Below are positions 15,036 to 26,828 of a stretch of DNA of 64,000 bases, one piece after another. The translations under genes were made by a program, and so were the position numbers. Each line of letters opens with the position of its first letter. The stretch's first letter is position 1. Below the pieces are notes generated by a model, which was not told the DNA's origin, ran no database searches, and saw only the letters and a program-made list of their open reading frames with translations. Origin of the DNA: Octopus vulgaris (lineage: Eukaryota); NCBI GenBank assembly GCA_951406725.2, contig OX597822.1:93372001-93436000 (forward strand), read 5' to 3'.

Positions 15036-16253
15036 ACCTGAGGATCATCAAATCTTTCCATGATGATATGCAAGGCACCATACAGCACAATGGTTTAACA
15101 TCAACCGCCTTCCAAATAAAAAACGGGGTAAAGCAAGGTTGTGCCCTTGCTCCTACATTATTTGGCATCTTCTTCTCACTGCTGCTGTCACATGCCTTTC
15201 AGACATCAGATGATGGAGTGTTTCTGCACAGTAGAAGTGACGGGAAACTGTTCAATCTCTCGTGTCTGCGTGTCAAGACCAAAATCAGAAGCGTCCTGAT
15301 CAAGGAGGTGCTATTTGCTAATGATGCCGCTCTGGTATCACACACAGAAGAAGCCCTACAAAGGCTCATCAACTGTTTTGAGCAAGCATATAGCGACTTT
15401 GGCTTAGTTATCAGCCTCAAGAAGACCAATATCATGGTTCAGGCTACATCGGACATCCCAAACATACATATTGGAGACTACAGACTACAGGAGGTGGAGA
15501 AGTTTACCTATCTTAGCTCTACCGTAACCTACAACCTATCCCTTGATGCTGAGCTCAATATACGCATTGGCAAGGCAGCTGCTGTGATGGCCCAACTCTC
15601 CAAACGGGCATGGGACAACAATAAGCTGACCAAGACCACAAAAATGAAGATTTACCAGGCATGTGTACTTAGCACTCTAATGTATGAAAGTGAGACTTGG
15701 ACGCCATACACACGCCAACAGCGTCGCCTGAATATCTTTCACCTGCGCTGCCTCCGGGAAATCCTTCGCATCAAATGGCAGAATCATGTCCGCAACAAAG
15801 ATGTCCTCATGCAAGCAGGAATATCAAGCATGTTTGCACTCCTCACACAAAGACGTGTGAGATGGCTTGGACATGTTAGCCGTATGGAAGATGGCAGAAT
15901 CCCCAAGGACATACTCTACGGAGAGCTTGCTAGGGGCACTAGGTCTGTGGGAAGACCGTTCTTACGATACAAGGATGTTTGCAAAAAGCACATGAATGCC
16001 TGCAACATCAATATTACCAACTGGGAAGCAGTTGCCAGCAACCGTGGAGATTGGCGATGTACCGTAAAAGAGGGAACACAACGAGTGATATAGAGAGAGA
16101 GGAGAAATGGAGAACAAGAAAAGACGTCAACAAGAAAGTATGACATTACAACCAGCCAGGCAAAGTCTTCGCTACATTTGCGGCACGTGCCAAAGGGAGT
16201 GTTTGTCCAGGATAGGACTACACAGCCACAGCAGGAGATGTATTAGGACATGA
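15036..16253 (+). pseudogene. 5'-truncated RTE-clade LINE reverse transcriptase
   Basis: GVKQGCALAPTLF; LFANDAAL (catalytic D changed to N); RVRWLGHVSRM; premature stop at 16093, then C-terminal CGTCQRECLSRIGLHSH zinc finger. Confidence 0.92.
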
Positions 16254-16544
16254 AATGTAAAAGCCTGACTAGATTATTTTATGACAGGAACTGAAACAAA
16301 TCAATCGTATATATATGTATATATGTAAGTGTGTGTGTGTCTTTCTCTCTGTGTTTCACCCTCATCACTGCTTCACAACTGCTGTTCATTTATTTACATC
16401 CACTTAACTTACTGGTTTCACAAGAACAAACTAATACAATAAGTACCAGGCTTATCAAATTAAAAAGCATTAGGCTGTCTCATATTTTTGGTTGCCCAAT
16501 CAGTTGTATCTATCAATTTATCTTTGTATGTGTGTGTGTGTGTA

Positions 16545-18002
<1,458 letters not shown>

Positions 18003-18016
18003 TATACATGCACACA

Positions 18017-18080
<64 letters not shown>

Positions 18081-18305
18081 TATGCAATACAAATGTATTA
18101 CTTTTCAGTAAAGTATAGCCCCATAAGGGTAAAATTATACATATAAAAGTAGATATATGGTACAACAATAGCAATCGATATAAATACGACGCTATTGTAT
18201 AGCTTCACTGCGTATATACAAGCAAAGACGTGTGTGTGCAACAAACATGAAAAAAATTGTCTTACCTCTAGGAAGAACATTCAATAAATGGACAACCTAG
18301 AATCG

Positions 18306-18385
18306 GGTAACGCAGGACCGGTTTCAAACTCTTCAAATACTTTTGACAACGTAAAATTGATTAGTCTTCATCAGCTGCATTTACC
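18306..18385 (-). ncRNA. Minimal type-I hammerhead ribozyme, intact core
   Basis: gguaaaugcag-CUGAUGA-agacu...aguuu-GAAAC-cg-GUC-cugcguuacc: 10-bp stem I with one bulge, 5-bp stem II, ACCGGU palindrome. Confidence 0.88.
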
Positions 18386-18590
18386 TAGACAAAATTTCAA
18401 ATGTTGCCACATCAATGCCAGTATACTCGTGTGAAAGCCAAAACGTTTAACAGAACGAGAACAGTGAAGAAGTTTCAATGAAAATAGTAATGCAATACAA
18501 ATGTATTACTTTCCAGTAAAGGATAGCGTCGTATTTATATCGATTGCTATTTTCAAGTAAATATTGGTGCCTTGTTGTACCGTTTATCTA

Positions 18591-18671
<81 letters not shown>

Positions 18672-18681
18672 TATATATATA

Positions 18682-18710
18682 TATACATTGTATATGTATT
18701 TGCACACGTA

Positions 18711-18792
<82 letters not shown>

Positions 18793-18864
18793 GATAAGCA
18801 AGCTTGCTAGATAGAAGAGTGGGTGACAATGTATTCATAGATAGCTAGCTACATAGACAGGCTG

Positions 18865-18934
<70 letters not shown>

Positions 18935-19045
18935 GCCTACATTGTCACTCACTCTTCTATCTAGCAAGCTTGCCTATCAAGATAGGTAGATAGATAGATA
19001 GATAGATAGATAGATATACATGTGCAAATACATATACAATGTATA
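18682..19045. repeat. Inverted duplication including a (TCTA)n tract
   Basis: Arms 18682-18833 and 18938-19045 are reverse complements apart from microsatellite length and a few substitutions. Confidence 0.9.
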
Positions 19046-19072
19046 CGTATATATATATATATATATATATAT

Positions 19073-19116
<44 letters not shown>

Positions 19117-19499
19117 ATAGGCAAACAGGCAGGTTATGATGGGAATCGACCCAACTATGAATATAGTCATTGCTTGTTAATGAGTTCAATGTGGAAACCT
19201 GACATTTGCCATTGTGAACAGCCGTGTCCTCCCTCAGTACCCTCCATAGAAGAAAAAAAGACGTTTATTACATGATTGGCAGGTTTATTTCCTTTCAGGT
19301 GGCCAACATATATTATTCAGAAGCCCAGCCTGAGGAAGACACATATTTAGTTATCTGTTGAATATTTGAAGGGATTATAGATACCTGTGAGGGTTCCATG
19401 GGGTATCTCTGGGGTTAACTAGCCCTACGTTTCGCTTTCTTTTTTAAGGTTTGCTTTTATAATGCGATTCGTTTTTAACATGCTGGGGCTATTGAAATA

Positions 19500-19543
19500 T
19501 TGTGTGTGCGTGTGTGTGTGTATGTGTGTGTTGGTGTGTGTAT

Positions 19544-19594
<51 letters not shown>

Positions 19595-19861
19595 AACATA
19601 TAGGTATATATGCATACACACATGCAGATACACACACATATTTATATATATATAAGTATATATGTTTGTGTGTGTGTATGTGTGTGTGTGTGCGCGTGTG
19701 TGTTGGTGTGTGTGTGGATATATATATATATACATAAACATATAGGTATATATGTATACACACATGCAGACACACACACATATTTATATATATATATAAG
19801 TATATATGTTTGTGTGTGTGTATGTGTGTGTGTGCGCGCGTGTGTGTTGGTGTGTGTGTGG

Positions 19862-19892
<31 letters not shown>

Positions 19893-19980
19893 AACATATA
19901 GGTATATATGTATACACACATGCAGACACACACACATATTTATATATATATAAGTATATATTTGTGTGTGTGTGTGTGTG
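19500..19980. repeat. Three tandem copies of a ~135-150 bp compound-microsatellite unit
   Basis: gttggtgtgtgt..ggata(ta)n cataaacatataggtatatatg..catgcaga..cacatattta(ta)n agtatatat occurs three times. Confidence 0.9.
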
Positions 19981-20349
19981 TTGCAAAAATAAAAAAGAAA
20001 CACGAGGACGAGGTAAAAGCCAAAAAGAAACTCTATGTATTATGTTTACGTTCAGTAAAACTGGAAGAAAGCCTTTTACGCTTCGAATATACGCTCTTCT
20101 ACACAAAGGATATAGGAGGAGAGAAAAAAATAGAGATAGGAGAGCACCAGCGCACGCGCACAATGACACTCACATGCACGCAATCACGTGTTTATATTTT
20201 GGTCTTTTCTGTCTCTTGCTACTCTGGAATTCCATATGTGCCTTCAGAGGTCTTTTCTCAATGTTTTGCCTCTTGTTCTTCCCTTTTTTATGTCCTCCCC
20301 GAACATCTTACTCATGACCCTACGATAGGGTCATGAGTAAGATGTGTGT

Positions 20350-20396
<47 letters not shown>

Positions 20397-20488
20397 AAGG
20401 GAAAGTTTACGAAAATAAACAAAAGACGAAGGCAGGTGGTGTACAAACAAACAGATGTATTAGTATAGCGCTCAGGAATAGAAAAAAG

Positions 20489-20526
20489 TCTTTTACGTTT
20501 CGAGCCTACGCTCTTCTACAGAAAGA
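20489..20526 (-). ncRNA. Ultra-minimal hammerhead-like motif (variant core)
   Basis: ucuuu-CUGUAGA-a-gagc-guag-gcuc-GAAAC-GUA-aaaga; decayed second copy at ~20072-20109. Confidence 0.65.
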
Positions 20527-21198
20527 TACACAGAAAAAAACAAGGAGAGAAACAAGGAGAGAAAAAAAAATGTGCATAGTAGCTAACGATCTATCATGGC
20601 GTCTTTGGTACGTAAATGTCGAACGATAGAAATGAGTGCTCAACACCGCATTGGTGGATGTAATTTCTTTATTTGTGAATTAAGGCTACTGTTTGTTTCG
20701 TGTTAAGAAAAGTAGTACAATATCCTAGTGGCTTAACAATTTTTCAAGCTGATCATATGGAGAAAGGTGTTCATCTCCATTTTGGAAAACAGTCTCGCTT
20801 CGTCCACGGGATTTCTCGTAAATTCGCGTAAATAAAACAATGAATCAAGGCACGTTACTCTTGAGTGGCATCTTTTGGATTCATATCTCCATTGAATTTG
20901 TCTTTTGGGCAAAATATTTTGTGATCAATTTGCATTATTTTGCGTTTTGTTTTTGTTTTGAGCATGGTGTTCTTATACCTTTGTGCTGAAGTAGTTCGTC
21001 ATTGGGGCATATTTCTTCTTTGTGTGAAGTTTGTGTGCTATGTGCGTTCACATTTAGGAAAGGGGCTATCCTTGTAGGGTTACCCTAGCGTATAGGAGCA
21101 CTTCTTTAAATATTTGAGTGTAAAATATTGTGTAAAATATTGTTTGTTTATGCAGGGAGAGGAGGTCTCATCTCTAATGTTTAGGATGTTATCTGTTG

Positions 21199-21278
<80 letters not shown>

Positions 21279-21713
21279 TACGGATATATGCCTTCCTATA
21301 TACATGCAAAAACGTATCTGTCTACCTGTATATGTGTGTGCACGCACTTGTATGTGTGTGCTCGTATGTTTTTTTTTTTAAATTAAAACTAATCCCACGT
21401 GTACCCCACGGACCTTCTCTCTATGAAGAACAAGTTAATAACTTACCTTCTTTGCTGAAAATACAGGAATATAACGCTTGATAAGTCCCTCGCTCTTTTA
21501 TGATTGGTTACGTGAAATTCTGAGTAACGGTTTGTGAAGTGTTTTCAGCTTCAACAAAACATAACGTATAAAAAGAGACAGGTCACTAAACGCAAAGATA
21601 GACAGATAGATAGATAGGGATAGAGTACAAATTCAAAGTGGGTTATAGTCCTCCGACGTCTATCTTTAGCATATAGGTGCTGTACTTTCAGTGCCCTTAA
21701 TTATAATTATAAT

Positions 21714-21773
<60 letters not shown>

Positions 21774-21914
21774 ACTGTCCACTTTTCGTGTTCAGTCCTT
21801 AATTGTAGTATATATATATATATATATATATAACGTAGGGGGTATTAGCCATCTGAATGTGGCTAGCATATATATATATATATAATCAAAATAAGCAACA
21901 AGAATGACTCCTGT

Positions 21915-22005
21915 AATTTGGTACAATTGTTTCGCACTACATCATTTTATTAAATGTTGTAAGTATTGCAACAGATTTTAGATGGTGAGTACTTATCAGC
22001 CAATT
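21915..22005 (-). ncRNA. Minimal hammerhead motif with G8A change
   Basis: aauugg-CUGAUAA-guacu...agugc-GAAAC-aauu-GUA-ccaaauu. Confidence 0.72.
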
Positions 22006-22179
22006 ATAGAGGTTTTCCATTAATACAAAAGTTTTCAAATCAAGTGGCAACATTATAGATAAGGTAGATATACAGACAAAGATGTAGATTTAAATTTTAA
22101 GAACATATGAGGTAGTGAAGACCAACCACTGACTGACCAAGCTATCTTATATATATATATAATAATATAATAATAATAA

Positions 22180-22245
<66 letters not shown>

Positions 22246-22574
22246 TAATAAAATATTAGGGAATAAATCCAAACTTACAGGGAAAAATCAGATTTAGGAT
22301 TGAATCCAATTTTATAGTAAAATATTATATTATATTAAATTAGAGATAAAACCACCATTAGGCAAATCATACAATGAAAAACTTAAGCCAATACATAAGA
22401 TTAATTAATTTATATTATTTAAATATATATCAAAATTATTAAAAAAGATAATTAATATAGCACTACGATCGTTTCATGGCTGTTCAATTAGTTCATTAGT
22501 GTTCTTTCAAGCTTATTAACGCTTAACTTAATAAACTGTCCGTTGGTCTTAATTGTTTCATTGCATTAATGAAC

Positions 22575-22748
22575 AAACTGGCATTCCGTCTGTTGCGATG
22601 ACGAGGGTTCAAGTTGATCCACTCAACAGAACGGCATGCCCGCGACATTAAACAAAGCGAGAAATAAAGAACACAATGCTCCACCTTGCATCGAACTCAC
22701 GACATTACGATCCGGAGACGAATACTCTTAACCACTAAGCCATGCGAA
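22575..22748 (-). mobile_element. Decayed SINE S4 with RTE-like tail
   Basis: Related to 37493-37778. Confidence 0.6.
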
Positions 22749-22905
22749 CAAACAAGGTGTTTTTAAAGGCGAATCATGACTCGCTGTGATTCAGACTCTT
22801 CGGAATCCACATGAAAATTTAGATACAAAAAGAGCAGCAGCAGCACAAGGTCTTTTACCCGTTCTCTGTGATTTTGCTTCTCTCTGTTACCTGTACTTCT
22901 GGTAT

Positions 22906-23294
22906 AGTGGAGGCGCAATGGCCCAGTGGTTAGGGCAGCGGACTCGCGGTCATAGGATCGCGGTTTCGATTCCCAGACCGGGCGTTGTGAGTGTTTATTG
23001 AGCGAAAACACCTAAAGCTCCACGAGGCTCCGGCAGGGATGGTGGTGATCCCTGCTGTACTACTCTTTCACCACAACTTTCTCTCACTCTTTCTCCTGTT
23101 TCTGTTGTACCTGTATTTCAAAGGGCCGGTCTTGTCACTCTCTGTGTCACGCTGAATATCCCCGAGAACTACGTTAAGGGTACACGTGTCTGTGGAGTGC
23201 TCAGCCACTTACACGCTAATTTCACAAGCAGGCTGTTCCGTTGATTCGGATCAACCGGAACCCTCGTCGTCGTAACCGACGGAGTACTTCCATC
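22906..23294 (+). mobile_element. tRNA(Arg)-like SINE S3, tail type 1, 11-bp TSD
   Basis: ggaggcgcaatggcccagtggttagggcagcggactcgcg...tttcgattccc; TSD acttctggtat at 22895-22905 and 23295-23305. Confidence 0.9.
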
Positions 23295-23559
23295 ACTTCT
23301 GGTATGATGTACTTCAGGTGGTTGGTTGAATTTACACCGCAGTAATTACAGACTATACGGGTGTTGCCCTCGACAAGGTAGTGCCGAAGCTGGAAGCACT
23401 AAGAGAGAAATTAGATACCAGAATCTACAATGAAACAAGCAGTTTCGAAATCAGGCGGATATGGAATTGCAGTAGAGAGAAGAGTTAGACTGAAGAGGAT
23501 AGCATGCAAATGATAGTGGACACACATTGCAAGAAGGATATGTTTAAGTATATTATCTT

Positions 23560-23752
23560 TTTTCAGTTTACTTCTTTCAGTCATTGGATTGCGGTCATGC
23601 ACCGTCTTGAAGGCTTCAGTCGAACAAATCGACACCGGTGCACTTTTTAAAAATCTGATACTTATTCTATCGGCCTCTTTTGTCGAACCGCTAAGTTACG
23701 GGGACATAAATGAATAAACCAATACCGGTTGCCTAGCGGTGCAGGGGACCAA

Positions 23753-23783
<31 letters not shown>

Positions 23784-23860
23784 ATGAGCCTTTTTCTGTT
23801 TTCGTCTATCAAATCCACTCATGAGGCTTTGATCGACCCGAGGTTTTAGTAGAAGACGCT
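23560..23860 (-). mobile_element. Diverged SINE S2
   Basis: Similarity to 33819-34220. Confidence 0.7.
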
Positions 23861-24358
23861 TCCATATTGTCTATAAGGAGAATTTCTTCTCTCGAGACAA
23901 CTTCTGCAGCGTATTGCCTTTCCACGTCCGAGTACATACGAAATGTTAACTATGACTGTACATAACTATATTTCATTCAACGCTGGTTAGTCCACGATAT
24001 ATATATATATATACCCCTTAACTTTGTCACTAATGTTTTTTAGTATAACACCTACGCTAATTCTATAAACAAGCCTGTCAATATAAATATTCTCCTGAAT
24101 TGAACTGAGACTGCCAGCCGCCACTGACCATTCAAAATACGACCATCAGGGCACTCCCAGATTCTCCCATCCCCCTTTCCCCACCAGCCTTCTTCCTCTA
24201 CTACCCTTCCAAGAACTCACAACGACCTCCGACACACAAGTGCAAACAAGGGAGTCAGAGAAAGGCAGAATGCCACTTAAATCTGAACACTACTATAGAA
24301 ATATTCTTTTAAAAAAACTTTTCTTCTAATTTTTCTAAATTTAATTATTTAATCGTTA

Positions 24359-24396
24359 CAGTTGAAAAGGTCTCAAAATGACCGAAACCGGTACTG
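24359..24396 (+). ncRNA. Minimal hammerhead with U3-A8 compensatory core
   Basis: cag-UUGAAAA-gguc-ucaaaau-gacc-GAAAC-cg-GUA-cug. Confidence 0.75.
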
Positions 24397-24448
24397 AAAT
24401 GTTCACTATAAAATTATTTTAGCATTTTCTATTTTTGACTTGTTTTTT

Positions 24449-24479
<31 letters not shown>

Positions 24480-24882
24480 GAGAGATAAATAAAGATAGAG
24501 AGACTGGTTGTTACATAGATACATACAAAGCTAGACAACAAAAGGGCAGGCAGACCGACACCTCGCTACTTGATACCACACACAAACATGTTTGTTGAGC
24601 TGCGTTAAATAATATTCAGTAGCTCTTTCTGCTATCGTTACATATATCGGAAACCAGCGTCATTCCAGCATGTCTATCACGTGTCTAGCTTTTACACACG
24701 TGATAGACAGACTCTCTGTTATCACTAAAGAAAACAAACAGAAACCGATCTTCAGAAACAGGTGCAATTGCGTGCGAGCAGACACATTGTGGGTGATAAA
24801 CATCACGCCGAAGTTTGAAACGGCATGAATGCGCGCGCGTGTGTGTGAGTCCGTCTGTCTGTCTGACTGTCTGTCTGTCTGA

Positions 24883-24916
<34 letters not shown>

Positions 24917-25184
24917 TTCACGCTCTCTCTCTCTCTCTCTCTCACGCTCTCTCTCTCTCTGCACTGGGTGAGTTGTGGTGTTGTGTGTTCTGGATTCTGG
25001 ATGCATTTTACTCAGTATTTTTTTTCAGTGTCGACGCCAGCAGCGGCGCTGGGTGACAGTGGTGGCGACGATAGGGTCGGGATGTTGTGGGGGGGGGGGT
25101 TACTAAAGGAAGTCGATGGGAAATCTTTTTTGAATGGGGTTTAAGTGATAATCCTTTTACCAGAAAGGCTGGATATCATTGCTA

Positions 25185-25215
<31 letters not shown>

Positions 25216-25367
25216 AACTACGTTTAGAAAAAGCAGTGTTTAGAATCTAAATTTTAGTGGAGACAGAAAGCAGCAATTGTATAGGCCCCAAGGAAATGGA
25301 ATATGGGTCGTTTAAACTTTTCCTCTGGTGTTATATTCATATTTGAGTAAGTACGCGCACACACGCG

Positions 25368-25420
<53 letters not shown>

Positions 25421-25762
25421 ACACACACACACACACACGCAATAAACATATCTATCCATTCCACTCAACCTATTGAATTCTATATCAGATAATGTTTGTA
25501 CCACTTAAAATATATATTTTTATATACTTTGCGACATACAAACACATATAAACATGCACATACTCACACAGATTTACACACACACACATACATACACGTG
25601 CATACGTACACACGTAAACAAACAAAACTAGACAGATACATGTGTTGATACATGGATAAATACTGTCAGAGCTTCCAAATTTACTCAAACTCTCCTTCAT
25701 AACCAAGAATTTCTACAACATTTTTGCTATCTAAAGACCCATTATTATCATTATTATTAAGT

Positions 25763-26068
25763 AAGCCAGCGAGTTGGCAGAATAGTTATTGCGCCGGAAA
25801 AAAATGCTTAGCGGCATTTCTTCCGACTTTCCGTTCTGAGTGCAAATACCACCGAGGTCAACTCTACAGAATCGTTAGCATACCAGGCAGAATGCTTAGC
25901 GGTGTTTTTCTGAATTCTGAGTTCAAATTCCACGAGGTTGACTTTACCCATTATCCTTTCGGGGTCGATAAAATAAGTACCAGTTGAACACTGGGGTCGA
26001 TGTAATCGACTCCTCCCCTCCACCAACATTGCTGCCCTTGTGGTAAAATTTGAAACCATTATTATTAC

Positions 26069-26113
<45 letters not shown>

Positions 26114-26326
26114 GGCGGCGAGCAAGTAGAATCGTTAGCACTCCGAGCAAATGGCTTACAGGTATTTCGCCCGTCTTTACGTTTTGAACTCAAACCCCGC
26201 AGAGGTTGACTTTGCCTTTTATCCTTTAGGGGTCGATAAAATAAGTACCAGTTGAACATTGGACTTGATGTAATCGACTCATCCCCTCCCCTCAAAACTG
26301 CTGCCCTGGTGGCAAAATTTGAAACT
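25763..26326 (+). mobile_element. Two tandem SINE S1 variants separated by (ATT)n; the first has a duplicated head
   Basis: Similarity to 44501-44732. Confidence 0.8.
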
Positions 26327-26369
26327 TTTATTATCTTTTGTTATGAAAACTCTCAGCTTATCTTGTTAG

Positions 26370-26770
26370 GTATGATGAAAGTGTCAGCAGCCCACATCCA
26401 ACAGACTAAGGTGACACTTGTTTAATAGTCCTGCTTCAAGAACCCTGCGGAGAACCCTTGCTGTTCCAAGCAATGCTGGTTTCTGTAGGTGTTCTATCTT
26501 TACATTTATACCAATCTTTTTTGAGCCACGTTGGTGGTTGGGTGCTGATACTTCCAAGCGCGCCAATCCCTATTGGTATCACGTCCATTTTCTTCATTGC
26601 CGATAATTTGCGTACTTCCCACTTCAATTCATCTGAGTTGTTCACTTTTTCTTCTTTCTCTTCAATACTGTATATCACTTATCAGGCATGTCTTTTCTTT
26701 TCTGCTCACCACAGCAATGTCATGTTTCCGATGTTTAATCTGATGGTGACACTGAATCTTCATTCTCAGT
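26370..26770 (-). pseudogene. 3' end of an RLE-type (R4/NeSL-like) non-LTR retrotransposon
   Basis: HRKHDIAVVSRKEKTCLISDI (PD..D motif region); EEK...ELKWEVRKL...VIPIGIGALG; LQKPALLGTARVLRRVL. Confidence 0.8.
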
Positions 26771-26828
26771 AACTCCTGCTGGGATATGGTCATCATGACT
26801 ACCCCTCTGACAAGGGTACACAAAGTAT

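Noticed and set aside
20600-21190. Penelope GIY-YIG coding remnant upstream of the 20489 hammerhead
   Set aside because: The position fits, but I could not read any diagnostic motif; needs a tBLASTn/HMM search
22906-22985. tRNA-Arg gene (also 44742, 54582, 63911)
   Set aside because: The tRNA-like head continues into a SINE body, has a TSD in the complete copies, and has an imperfect acceptor stem
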